Below are positions 17,471 through 26,982 of a stretch of DNA of 64,000 bases, one piece after another; position 1 is the first letter of the stretch, and every line of letters starts with the position of its first letter. The DNA comes from Rhodospirillales bacterium (GTDB lineage Bacteria; Pseudomonadota; Alphaproteobacteria; BOG-932; Roseiterribacteraceae), in assembly GCA_003165335.1 (NCBI GenBank), contig PLTD01000217.1, positions 6,247-70,246 on the forward strand, read 5' to 3'. Both the position numbers and the translations under genes were made by a program. The notes under the pieces are model-generated. The model saw only the letters and a program-made list of their open reading frames with translations, did not search any database and was not told the origin of the DNA.

Positions 17471-19477
17471 TTACTCCACAACGATCTCTCCGTAACTCCA
17501 CGGATGATCTTTGCAAATATAGGTATAGGTGCCGGGCTTATCGAATTTCACCGTCCCGCTTTTGCCCGGGGCGACTTCACCCGTCGTCCAAGAGCCATCC
17601 TGCGCCGCAGCGTCGTGGGGCTCTTTTCCGTCATTGGTCCATGTTATCGTTGTCCCGGCTTTGACCTTGATCCGCATCGGTTGGAATACATACTCGTCGG
17701 TAAACTCTGCGTTCTTTATTACCCCGATACTCTTCACTGTCGCGGACATCGCCACATGATCGGTCGATACGACGCGCCCTGCGAATTCGCTGTCTGTTTG
17801 CGGCGGCGGCGGAGCAGATGCCGCGGCTATAGTTCCGCCTAAAGCGAAACTCCAAACCTTATTGGTTGCCGTAATCGCAACATACTGTTTACCGGCGACT
17901 TCATAAGTAATGGCTGGAGCTGTCGCCGCGCCACCTGTCTGAAACTGCCAAACTATATCACCGGTCTTGGCGTTATAGGCCTGAAACTGACCGTCTGGTT
18001 CACCGTGAAAAAGCAGATTACCGGCAGTGGCCGTGGTCCCGCTACCGAAAGCGATCGGGTAGGGAGTCTTTTTCTGCCAGGCGATCTTGCCGGTACGGCT
18101 GTCCAAAGCCGCCATGATCCCGTAACTCTTCATCCCTGGTACACTTGGCAACGTGAAAAAATATGGATCTTCGCCGCGGCGTATCCAATGCCCACCGGAC
18201 ATGCCTGTAACATACAGGAGGCCGGAATCGGGGTTGTAGGACATCGGTGCAAAGCGCGTTGACGTCGGGAAGACCAAGTTGGGCTGATCGTAATTCACAG
18301 GATCCCAGTAACAACCTGCTTTGAAACCAGGCGGGATTAGATCGGGCTCGACACAATTTGGCCCGACCTTATCGACACCGACGGAATAGGGCTGGGTCGG
18401 GGCCGTTGCGAGCCGCTTATCCTGCTTAACCGCTCGCTCTTCGACCGGGATAATGGGCATGCCTGTACCGCGGTCCAGTACAAACAACTCACCGTCCGTC
18501 CGCAGCACAGCGATCGCCTTGCGCGTCTTGCCATTATAAACCTGATCAAAAAGAACCAAGGGTGTGCCAAGGTCACCCTCCCAAATGTCGTGATGCAACG
18601 CCTGGAAGTGCCATTTCTCTTTGCCGGTTTTGATGTCGAGCGCGACCGCGGTTGCAGTGTAGAGGTTATCTCCAGGACGGACCTCGCCTCCGTATTGGGG
18701 AGAGGCATTGCTCGTGCCGAAATAGACCAATCCCAAAACTGGATCGACCGACGGGTTCATCCAGACCCCCGCACCGCCGTTTTTCCAAGCATCGTTGTCG
18801 GCTGGCCAAGTATCGTGACCCGCCTCTCCCGGGAGCGGAATCGTGTTGAATTGCCAGATGAGTTTGCCGGTCTTTGCATCTAGAGCAACGAATCGTCCCT
18901 TGATGCCTGCGTCGCCGCTGGCGAGCCCGACCATCACTTTCCCATCGGCGTAAGTCGGTGCGGCAGAAACGAACATTCCGAACCGCGCAGGACCATCACC
19001 GATATAAGTTGTCCAAGCGACCGCACCGGTTTTTTCGTCCAGCGCCGATACGCTGCCGTCGGTGAGTCCAAAATAGACTTTCCCGCCGCCGACCGCCAAT
19101 CCGCGATTGCGTGCATCGATGCCTGGACCTGTAGGGAGATAGCTCCATTTGACGGTGCCGTTTGCCGCGTCCAAGGCAGTAACGTGACCGCCTGCGGCAG
19201 CGACGAACATCAGCCCGTCAGCTACCACCGGCGGCCCCTTGGATTGCTCATCCTTCAGGTCGAAATTCCACGCAGCGCCAAGAGTTTTTACATTGTCGCC
19301 GTTGATCTGACTCAGGGTGGAAAAACGTGTATTGCCGAACGAACCACCATGCAGCGGCCATTCATTGGACGCCTGCTCAAATTTCGCGGAGCTCGACGGA
19401 GCCGCCTCGGCATATATGCCAAGACCAATGGCAACTGACGTCGCAGCGCAGGCTGACAAGATGTTTCGATACCGCAT
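17471..19477 (-). CDS. PQQ-dependent dehydrogenase (8-bladed propeller) fused to a C-terminal amicyanin-like cupredoxin domain
   Basis: 668 aa from MRYRNILS, with a signal peptide. The PQQ-dehydrogenase N-terminus reads WPLHGGSFGNTRFSTLSQINGDNVKTLGAAW, followed by GDNLYTATAVALDIKTGKEKWHFQALHHDIWEGD. The last ~100 aa (VKAGTTITWTNDGKEPHD...GTYTYICKDHPWSYGEIVVE) align with amicyanin (VKVGDTVTWINREAMPHN...GTYDYHCTPHPFMRGKVVVE). The 944-aa maximal ORF is an artefact that overlaps the kinase gene. Confidence 0.8.
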   Translation of the reverse strand: MRYRNILSACAATSVAIGLGIYAEAAPSSSAKFEQASNEWPLHGGSFGNTRFSTLSQINGDNVKTLGAAWNFDLKDEQSKGPPVVADGLMFVAAAGGHVTALDAANGTVKWSYLPTGPGIDARNRGLAVGGGKVYFGLTDGSVSALDEKTGAVAWTTYIGDGPARFGMFVSAAPTYADGKVMVGLASGDAGIKGRFVALDAKTGKLIWQFNTIPLPGEAGHDTWPADNDAWKNGGAGVWMNPSVDPVLGLVYFGTSNASPQYGGEVRPGDNLYTATAVALDIKTGKEKWHFQALHHDIWEGDLGTPLVLFDQVYNGKTRKAIAVLRTDGELFVLDRGTGMPIIPVEERAVKQDKRLATAPTQPYSVGVDKVGPNCVEPDLIPPGFKAGCYWDPVNYDQPNLVFPTSTRFAPMSYNPDSGLLYVTGMSGGHWIRRGEDPYFFTLPSVPGMKSYGIMAALDSRTGKIAWQKKTPYPIAFGSGTTATAGNLLFHGEPDGQFQAYNAKTGDIVWQFQTGGAATAPAITYEVAGKQYVAITATNKVWSFALGGTIAAASAPPPPQTDSEFAGRVVSTDHVAMSATVKSIGVIKNAEFTDEYVFQPMRIKVKAGTTITWTNDGKEPHDAAAQDGSWTTGEVAPGKSGTVKFDKPGTYTYICKDHPWSYGEIVVE

Positions 19478-19702
19478 ATCCCCCCCCGAGTCCGGCCGAT
19501 TATTCCATGAACAACAGTTCATATATCGCCTTGCCCGAGACCAATACACACAATCATCGACGAGCCAAAGTGGTTGTTGTCGTGATCCCTCCGATTGCGG
19601 GAACGGCACGGTGGATGATAGTTTCCGATCAGCTATGAAATTTATCGCGCAGGTGACGAAACTCACCTTCAGAGCAATCTTTCTCCGACTGGCAAAGAGT
19701 TC

Positions 19703-21067
19703 ATGATTGAACGCCTGAAGCGGTTTATCAGCGGCGCGAATGTCCCCGCCGCCGTGCAGGCGGAAATCATTGCCGAGCTCTACCCCAAATCGTTCAGGAT
19801 CGGCACATCGATCCTGACATCGATCGTAACCGGGACCGTCCTTGCGTCGATCATGCATAGCTGGCTGCCGCTGGCCTGGATGGCCGTGGCGCTCGCGATC
19901 TGTGGCGTGCGAACCGCGGACTGGTATAGCTATCTGCGAGCCCCGCAAAGCCGCACGCCGTCCGAATGGGCCATCCGCTTCATCGTGCGCTTTATCCCGT
20001 TCGGCGTATGGTGGGGAGCCACCGCTGCCGTGTTGCTGCTCTCCGACGACCCGCTGCTGATGGCGATCGCGGTACTGGCAACCGACGCGCAGGGCGCCGG
20101 CGCCTGTTGTTCTTACCCCGGTCATCCGCCTGCGGCGCTCGGCTTCATCTTGCCGGCTATGCTGATGTTTGCAGTCGCGGGACTGATCCAAGGCGGCGCG
20201 ATCGGCTATTCGATCAGCTTCGTTGAAATCGTCCTGATCGCCAATTATTTGATCATTATCCGCGAATTCTACCGCTCGACGATACGCGGCTTGATTGCCG
20301 GTCACGAAAAAGCGGAACTAGGCGATCATCTGGTTGAAGCCCATCTGGCACTGAAGCGCGAAGGCGCAGCGAAATCGGAATTCCTGGCACATATGAGCCA
20401 TGAATTGCGCACTCCGTTGAATGCCATTATCGGGTTTTCCGACGTCATCATGTCCGAAACTTTCGGCCCGATGGACAATCCCAAATACGCCGAATATCAA
20501 AACGACATCCATATGGCGGCATCGCATCTCTTGAACATCGTGAATGAGGTGCTGGACATCGCGAAAATCGAGGCCGGAGAATTGGCACTTCAAATCGGTC
20601 CGGTAGAACCATTGGAAGTGACCCGTTTCACCGCCCGCCTGATTCGTCAGCGTGCGCTGGCAAAAGGCCTAACATTTGACGTTGAGCTCAGTCCTGGCCT
20701 TGGTGACAGGCTGCTCGAAACCGATGAAGTGCGTTTGAAGCAGGCGCTCATAAATATTCTGTCAAACGCGGTAAAATTTACCAACGCCGGCGGCACAGTT
20801 CGGCTGTCCGCAGGAATTCGTGACGGAATCTATTTCGAGGTTGCTGATAATGGTATCGGCATGGCGCCGGACGATCTGCAGAGAGCATTGCTCCCCTTTG
20901 TGCAGGTGGGCAGGCCGATGCTGGCAAAAGAAGGAAGCGGGCTTGGCTTGCCACTCAGTCGGCAATTGATCGAGCGATTGGGCGGCCGGTTTCAAATTGA
21001 AAGCACTGTCGGCATTGGCACGACAGTCACAATAACCATGCCCGAGAGATTTGCCGCTCAGGAATAG
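19703..21067 (+). CDS. membrane sensor histidine kinase (HisKA + HATPase_c), no adjacent response regulator
   Basis: 454 aa. It has about 5-6 N-terminal hydrophobic segments, the H-box FLAHMSHELRTPLN, the N-box ILSNAVKF, and G-boxes DNGIGM and GSGLGL. Confidence 0.85.
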   Translation: MIERLKRFISGANVPAAVQAEIIAELYPKSFRIGTSILTSIVTGTVLASIMHSWLPLAWMAVALAICGVRTADWYSYLRAPQSRTPSEWAIRFIVRFIPFGVWWGATAAVLLLSDDPLLMAIAVLATDAQGAGACCSYPGHPPAALGFILPAMLMFAVAGLIQGGAIGYSISFVEIVLIANYLIIIREFYRSTIRGLIAGHEKAELGDHLVEAHLALKREGAAKSEFLAHMSHELRTPLNAIIGFSDVIMSETFGPMDNPKYAEYQNDIHMAASHLLNIVNEVLDIAKIEAGELALQIGPVEPLEVTRFTARLIRQRALAKGLTFDVELSPGLGDRLLETDEVRLKQALINILSNAVKFTNAGGTVRLSAGIRDGIYFEVADNGIGMAPDDLQRALLPFVQVGRPMLAKEGSGLGLPLSRQLIERLGGRFQIESTVGIGTTVTITMPERFAAQE

Positions 21068-21084
21068 GAGAGGCAACGAATGGA

Positions 21085-22776
21085 TTAGTCCAGCTTTACC
21101 CCTGCGATATGCTCGGCCGCCAGGAAACCAAACGTCATGGCAGGCCCAAGAGTCGCTCCTGCGCCTGGATAGTAACGGCCGGTTACCGATGCCGAGCAGT
21201 TACCGATCGCGTAAAGCCCTTCAATCGGTTTGTCGTCCCCACCCATCACCTGCCCATATTCATTGGTTAACAACCCCCCCTTGGTCCCGATGTCCCCTGG
21301 GTGGATTTCGACGGCATAAAATGGAGGCTCAGTCAGTGGCGCCAAGCACGGATTGGGCTTTATCCGAAAGTCTCCATACAACAGGTCGTAGCTGTTTTCT
21401 CCCCGTGCAAAATCCTGATCCTTGCCAGATGCCGCAAACCCGTTGAACCGATCGACCGTGCTGACCAAAGCGGCGGCTTCGACTCCCAACGCAACCGCTA
21501 ATCCAGCCACAGTCGAAGACGAAGTCAGCAGATCTTTGCGAATATGGCGAGGCTGGAGCCAGTTCAAATGCATTTCCGCAGGCAAGAGCGGGCCGAATGG
21601 ATAGTTGCGCTTATAGCGCTCGTCGAAAATCAGATAGGAAGGCAGATTTCCAGGCTGGTACATTGCCTGGACCGCAGTCGTATAGGCTACGGATTCGTTG
21701 AAAAATCTCCTTCCTTGCCGATTGACGACAATGGCGCCCGGCATTGAGCGTTCGGTAAACAAAGCCCTCGCACGATCTTCGCCCTTAACCGTCAAAGTTG
21801 GGCCCCACCACGCCTCGTCCATCAAGGATGTTGCTGCGCCAACCGCCTGCCCGGCAACCAGCATATCGCCGGTATTTGTCGGGTTGGCAGCTGACCACCG
21901 CGTGCTTGTCGGATTGGGAAGATATTGAGCACGCAATTTCTGGCTATGCTCAAATCCGCCTGAAGCAACGATGACGCCGCGTCGGGCGCGAATTACGATA
22001 TCTTTGCCTTCCCGCTTGGCCCGAACACCAACAACGGCGCCCTTTTCGACGAGAAGTTCACTAGCCGGACAACTGAGCCAAATCGGCACAGCCAGATCGA
22101 GCAGGCTTTTACGCAGGCGTCCAATAAGCGCGTTGCCCATCGTCAGTCGGCGCGAACGGCGCGAACGGAACCGCCAGGGGATGTCCGAGAAATATTGCCA
22201 ACTCAGCCGCAGCAGCAATTTGAACCAGCCGGGCGATTTGCTGAGCAGAATTGCGCCTTCGATATTGCTGTAGCCCATAAGCCCCAGCACCCGCACCTGC
22301 CGGTGCGGCATGTTCATATTCAGGAAGTCGTCTCCCAACTGCCGCGCATCATAGGGTAGCGGATCGATCGAACGTCCACCGGGACGGGCACCCTGAATAT
22401 GCTGATAATAATCCGCATATTCAGGCATCGCGATAAATTGGACGTGGCTGTTACTCATGACCCAGCGCAGCATACGCGCGCCGTTTTTGACGAACGACGC
22501 CACGTTTGCTGCGGGCACATCGTTCCCGGTCAATGCCGTCATGTAGGCTAAAGAATCCTCTGGATTGTCTTCAATCCCAACGCCGGGCATCAGATGATTG
22601 CAGGTAATCCACAAGCCCCCACCTGAAGTTGCCGAAGTGCCGCCATAGACATCGGCCTTCTCGATAATCAGCGTGTTCAAGCCGCACTGGGCGGCAACCA
22701 GCGCGGCTGTCATCGCCCCTGCGCCCGAACCCACGACCAATACATCGACTGTATGTTCTAGCGCCGACGATGACAC
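21085..22776 (-). CDS. FAD-dependent oxidoreductase, 3-oxosteroid 1-dehydrogenase (KstD)-like
   Basis: 563 aa with DVLVVGSGAGAMTAA...EKADVYGGTSATSGGGLW at the N-terminus and GLYAIGNCSASVTGRYYPGAGATLGPAMTFGFLAAEH at the C-terminus. It is paralogous to the ORFs at 25173 and 26983. Confidence 0.75.
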   Translation of the reverse strand: MSSSALEHTVDVLVVGSGAGAMTAALVAAQCGLNTLIIEKADVYGGTSATSGGGLWITCNHLMPGVGIEDNPEDSLAYMTALTGNDVPAANVASFVKNGARMLRWVMSNSHVQFIAMPEYADYYQHIQGARPGGRSIDPLPYDARQLGDDFLNMNMPHRQVRVLGLMGYSNIEGAILLSKSPGWFKLLLRLSWQYFSDIPWRFRSRRSRRLTMGNALIGRLRKSLLDLAVPIWLSCPASELLVEKGAVVGVRAKREGKDIVIRARRGVIVASGGFEHSQKLRAQYLPNPTSTRWSAANPTNTGDMLVAGQAVGAATSLMDEAWWGPTLTVKGEDRARALFTERSMPGAIVVNRQGRRFFNESVAYTTAVQAMYQPGNLPSYLIFDERYKRNYPFGPLLPAEMHLNWLQPRHIRKDLLTSSSTVAGLAVALGVEAAALVSTVDRFNGFAASGKDQDFARGENSYDLLYGDFRIKPNPCLAPLTEPPFYAVEIHPGDIGTKGGLLTNEYGQVMGGDDKPIEGLYAIGNCSASVTGRYYPGAGATLGPAMTFGFLAAEHIAGVKLD

Positions 22777-22982
22777 AGCAAACTCCCCTCATTTTTGTCA
22801 CGCATACGCCTAATAGGTGCGATTGCGTAATTCTTTGTAATCACGTCCAATTCCCGCGAACAGAGCGCACATCGTGACTTTTCGGTCAAACCCGAACGGA
22901 CGGGACACGACCTTTCGCACGGATTGCCCTTACTGCGGTATAGACTTCGTGGCAGAAGAGCGCTCGTGAACTCCTTCAGGAT

Positions 22983-23519
22983 ATGACTATGCCATCGGTC
23001 GCTCTCGTTTCAATTCTCTGCCACGACAGGGTCGGGCTCGTGTCTTCAGTTGCCGATTTCCTGTTTTCAGCGGGCGTCAACCTGCGCGACACGACCTTCG
23101 CCGTGTACGGCGCCGGCGCGGAATTTAGTTCGGTCTGCGAACTGCCTGACGGGACTACGGTGGACGACCTTCAAGAAGGGCTAGCCCGGCTCCCGGAATT
23201 GGAGGGGGCGGAACTGAGAGTCGCTCCCTTTGCCTTCGATCCGACTCCCGGACCGACTGTTCGCATTACTCATAGGATCGAAGTTAGCGGCGGTGACCAG
23301 TTGGGATTGATTGCTCGTCTTTCTGAGATATTCGCTCAATTCGGCGCCAATATTGTGAGGCTGGACGCCCAGAAATTGCCCGATGCCGAAGGCGGTCGGT
23401 ACGTAACACGCTTCGCCGTATCACTACCGCTGGACCGGGCGGATACCTGCCTCTCGGCAATCGCCAACACCGCGGGGAGCCTGGGACTGGAAAGCAGCGC
23501 CGTTAAAGCCACGGGCTGA
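22983..23519 (+). CDS. ACT-domain protein (two tandem ACT domains, GcvR-like)
   Basis: 178 aa. There are two repeats of the ACT pattern: VSILCHDRVGLVSSVADFLFSAGVNL and IEVSGGDQLGLIARLSEIFAQFGANI. Confidence 0.55.
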   Translation: MTMPSVALVSILCHDRVGLVSSVADFLFSAGVNLRDTTFAVYGAGAEFSSVCELPDGTTVDDLQEGLARLPELEGAELRVAPFAFDPTPGPTVRITHRIEVSGGDQLGLIARLSEIFAQFGANIVRLDAQKLPDAEGGRYVTRFAVSLPLDRADTCLSAIANTAGSLGLESSAVKATG

Positions 23520-23527
23520 CATCGCCT

Positions 23528-24016
23528 TTACTTCGGCTTGTAAGCAGGATTGGTGACCTCACCGGTTTCGTAATGCCGCTTGAAGCTTTCGGCGACCTGC
23601 AGCGTGTTGCCCCGCGCACCGCGATTTACGACCAGTGCGTCGAGCAGGCGGCCAGCGATGCCCCAGGGCATTTCATAGATCAATGCCGGGCTGAATAATG
23701 TGCCGCCATCGGGCGCATCGGATATGCGATAGTCGAACCACGCAGCTTTGAAAGGTGCCAACGGCTTGTCGCCGTAATGCAGCCGCAGCTTGAAGCCATA
23801 GCCTTCATCCCAACTGACAACCGTCTCATCGAGAGGCTGGCCCTTTAGTTGAAAAACCCGCCGGCTCGTCCCGACGCCCTCATGGCTGGCAGTCGTGAAC
23901 TCCGCGCCCGTCAGGTTCGGGACATAGAGCGGTGCGCGCGACAGGTCGCGCAACCCCTCCCAGACTTTGGCCCGCGGCAAATTAATATGGACTTCGCAAG
24001 TCGCAACACTCGGCAT
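23528..24016 (-). CDS. SRPBCC (START/polyketide-cyclase-like) family protein
   Basis: 162 aa from MPSVATCEVHINLPRAKVWEGLRDLS, a typical SRPBCC N-terminus. The maximal ORF to 24127 would overlap mepA. Confidence 0.55.
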   Translation of the reverse strand: MPSVATCEVHINLPRAKVWEGLRDLSRAPLYVPNLTGAEFTTASHEGVGTSRRVFQLKGQPLDETVVSWDEGYGFKLRLHYGDKPLAPFKAAWFDYRISDAPDGGTLFSPALIYEMPWGIAGRLLDALVVNRGARGNTLQVAESFKRHYETGEVTNPAYKPK

Positions 24017-24030
24017 GTTCTCTCCCTCGA

Positions 24031-24987
24031 TTATTGCTGCGCCAGCAGCCGTTCGCAGGCGGCAGGCAATGTGCGTTCTATTCTTGGTTTGGCAGCCTGC
24101 TTCGGCAATGAAAGATGATGTGTCCACTCTTCAAGAGCGGCGTCGCAGCCATCGCCGTCTGGAACCGGTGCTTGAGGCTCGCAGTCTGGTGAATTTCGCG
24201 GGCAAAGCAGTCTGACGTGGAAATGATCATCATGTCCCCACCATGGGCGCAATTTGTGCAGCCAGCCCAACCCAGCCTCGGCCGCGTCGCCGTATCCCCT
24301 GCAGAGTGCCAACTTTATGACCGGATTGACGAAGATACGGTCCACACGAGGATCGCTCGCTGCCAATTCCAGCAGCCTCACTTGTCGGCAGCCGAAATGG
24401 GTCGGGTCGATCTGAGCCACGTTTTGCACTATCATCTTCGGCAGTTCGGGATCCTCTCTTTCATCAGGCGTAAGTCCCGGCTTGGTATCAAGCGTAAACC
24501 AGATATCGACATCCAGCCCGGTCTGGTGGCTGGCATGGCCGAAGGGTAGCGGTCCACCGCGGGGCTGAGCCATATCGCCGACATAGAAGATTGGGAGTCC
24601 CGCCGCCTGAGCCTGGCGGCCCAGTCCCTCGACGAAATCGACCGTATCGTCATGCCCGAAATAGCGCCTGCGGCTCAGCCTGATTACCTCATAGCCCCGC
24701 CCATCGAGCGGTAGCTGCACCGCCCCGGCTAGACAGCCATCGGTAGTTCCGCCGATGGCCTGAGCAGGTCCCCCGCTCTGCCGCTCTAACCTGCTCCATG
24801 CATTGGAGGAGGTCCCGTCCGCAGCCGCCAGGGCTGGTGCCGCGAGCGCCCATGCAGCCAACGCCAGCACAAATGAACGCCAGAGATCATGTGCGCGCAG
24901 GCTACGTCCCCTCGTTGAAACGCATATCGACTGTCTCTGCGAAGCCTGCCCGAGCCGCGCTGGTCGAAGCGCCGCTGGCGCTGACAC
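24031..24987 (-). CDS. mepA: penicillin-insensitive murein endopeptidase
   Basis: It has the LAS-metallopeptidase motifs HASHQTGLDVDIW and WWGHDDHFHVRL, plus an N-terminal signal-like segment. The exact start is uncertain. Confidence 0.75.
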   Translation of the reverse strand: MSAPAALRPARLGQASQRQSICVSTRGRSLRAHDLWRSFVLALAAWALAAPALAAADGTSSNAWSRLERQSGGPAQAIGGTTDGCLAGAVQLPLDGRGYEVIRLSRRRYFGHDDTVDFVEGLGRQAQAAGLPIFYVGDMAQPRGGPLPFGHASHQTGLDVDIWFTLDTKPGLTPDEREDPELPKMIVQNVAQIDPTHFGCRQVRLLELAASDPRVDRIFVNPVIKLALCRGYGDAAEAGLGWLHKLRPWWGHDDHFHVRLLCPRNSPDCEPQAPVPDGDGCDAALEEWTHHLSLPKQAAKPRIERTLPAACERLLAQQ

Positions 24988-25172
24988 GTCGCACGCCGTC
25001 TGCAGTTAGGTCGGCCACGCGCATATCAGAATTAATCAGCAGCACATTGACCAGATTCGGTGGCGCAGAGGCTAAGAATTCGGCGATGGCGGCCAGTTCG
25101 TTCACGCTGGGGCATAGAGTCAGTCGGCAACAACGTCTGCGCAAGGTATGGGAGAGCTCCCTGGTAGTCGCA

Positions 25173-26861
25173 TCAGTCGTTCACGCCCACCATATGCCGT
25201 GCAGCCAGATAACCGAAGGTCATTGCAGGGCCCAAAGTCGCCCCCGCCGCAGGATAAGAATAACCCATGATACTGGCGGTCGTATTGCCGGCAGCATAAA
25301 GGCCAGGTATCGGCTGCCCATCTTTGCCGATCACCTGCGCGTTCTCGTTGATAACGAGCCCGCCATTGGTGCCGATGTCGCCTGGGTAACAAGGGAAGGC
25401 GTAAAATGGTCCCTTGTCCAATGCTCGCAAGGTTGGGTTCGGCTTGACCTTCGGGTCGCCGTAATAACAATCGTAAGGATCGTCGCCGCGAAGAAACTCC
25501 GGGTCCTTACCTTCGCGTGCATGCTTATTGAAATTCTCGATCGTCTCTTTGAGCGGCGCCCAAGGCAATCCAGCTTTCTTTGCAACCTCTTCCCAAGTTT
25601 TGCCCTTGATGAGAACGCTTTTGATTGCCGAAGACAAAATCCAGTCCGGCAAAAGCGGCAGCACGGGCCCCATTGGGTAAGCATGGCGATATTGGGAATC
25701 GAACAAAATGTAGGATGGGATCGTGCTCGCGCCCTTTTTATTATTCTCAATCATCGCATGGCCGGCGATGTGATAAGAGGCAGCCTCGTTGAAATAGCGC
25801 TTTCCGGCTTGATTCACGACTATGCAGCCTGGCAAGGCGCGCTCAAACGTCATCAGTCGCGTCTTGTCTTCGCCCGGGATGGCCAGCGAGACGCCCCACC
25901 AGGCCGAATCCATTCGGGCGGTTTGCGCGCCCAACTCCATCGCCCCGCGGATAGCGTCGCCGGTATTTGGCGGCTGTGCGCCGGTATAAATCGTTGCTAC
26001 CGGCAAGTACTTCGACCGCATTTCAGGATTGCGCTCAAAACCACCGGCAGCCAACAACACACCCTGACGGGCGCCAATCCGCATGCGCTTGCCTTCGCGC
26101 TCCACGACTGCACCGGTAACGCGGCCGCCTTCGACGACCAATTCCAGAAATTTGGTCTTCAACCAAAGCTTGGCACCCAACTTGTCCATCGAGAGCTTCA
26201 ACCTTGCGGCCATCGCGCTACCCAAGGTTAGGAATCGGTCGCGCGCGGAGCGAAACCGCCAAGGCAAGTCGGTGTAATATCGCAGGAACAGGCGCACCAC
26301 GATCTTCTTCCAGCCCGGTGACCGGAAAAGCAGCGGGCCTGTCTCGTCAACTGTCCAATTGATCTTGCCAAAGAACTGCGCCGCGGGGTGCTGCGCACGC
26401 TGGAGCAGGAAGTCCTTACCCAACCTCCTTGCATGGATCGGCATGGCGTCGTGAGATCGGAAGGCGGTTTTTCCACCCGGTAAGTTGGGGTGATAATCGC
26501 AGTAATGTGTCGTGGCGTATTTGAGTTCGCTGTTCTGCTCCATCCAGTCCAGCATTTTGGGGCCGTTATTGACGAATGCCCAAATGTTGGCATCGGGTAC
26601 ATCCGGAGCGGTCAACGCACGAATATATTTGAAGCCGTCTTCCGGTGTATCGTCGCTGCCCGCTTCCTTCGCTTGGCGCGTTGCGGGAATCCACACAACG
26701 CCGCCCGACGTGGCCGAAGAACCGCCATAAAGTTCGCTTTTTTCGATGACCAGCGCATCTGCATGGTTTTTCTGCGCAACGATCGCCGCCGTCATCGCTG
26801 CCGCGCCCGAACCAACGATCAGAACGTCGACCTCGGCATCCCATCCATTTGCATTCGCCAT
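25173..26861 (-). CDS. FAD-dependent oxidoreductase, KstD-like (paralogue 2)
   Basis: 562 aa with DVLIVGSGAAAMTAA...EKSELYGGSSATSGGVVW and GLYAAGNTTASIMGYSYPAAGATLGPAMTFGYLAARH. Confidence 0.75.
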   Translation of the reverse strand: MANANGWDAEVDVLIVGSGAAAMTAAIVAQKNHADALVIEKSELYGGSSATSGGVVWIPATRQAKEAGSDDTPEDGFKYIRALTAPDVPDANIWAFVNNGPKMLDWMEQNSELKYATTHYCDYHPNLPGGKTAFRSHDAMPIHARRLGKDFLLQRAQHPAAQFFGKINWTVDETGPLLFRSPGWKKIVVRLFLRYYTDLPWRFRSARDRFLTLGSAMAARLKLSMDKLGAKLWLKTKFLELVVEGGRVTGAVVEREGKRMRIGARQGVLLAAGGFERNPEMRSKYLPVATIYTGAQPPNTGDAIRGAMELGAQTARMDSAWWGVSLAIPGEDKTRLMTFERALPGCIVVNQAGKRYFNEAASYHIAGHAMIENNKKGASTIPSYILFDSQYRHAYPMGPVLPLLPDWILSSAIKSVLIKGKTWEEVAKKAGLPWAPLKETIENFNKHAREGKDPEFLRGDDPYDCYYGDPKVKPNPTLRALDKGPFYAFPCYPGDIGTNGGLVINENAQVIGKDGQPIPGLYAAGNTTASIMGYSYPAAGATLGPAMTFGYLAARHMVGVND

Positions 26862-26982
26862 TACTTTTCTCGATCCCTCTCAACGGCCAGCTCGCATCGG
26901 ATGCGGCCAGGTGTCTTATAGCGAATCCGACGGTGGGAAAATCCCCATAAATTTAACGAAAATGACCCGCTATTACGCATCC

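Noticed and set aside
17471-20305. The 944-aa maximal ORF extends the PQQ dehydrogenase about 276 codons upstream.
   Set aside because: The extension is Arg/Asp/Gly-rich and has no homology-like text. It runs antisense through the well-supported histidine kinase gene (19703-21067). A proper start (MRYRNILS plus signal peptide) exists at 19477.
24798-26231. A 477-aa plus-strand ORF.
   Set aside because: It lies antisense to mepA and to a KstD-like gene that has clear flavoprotein motifs. Its translation is Arg/Ala/Pro-rich, which is typical of antisense frames in GC-rich DNA.
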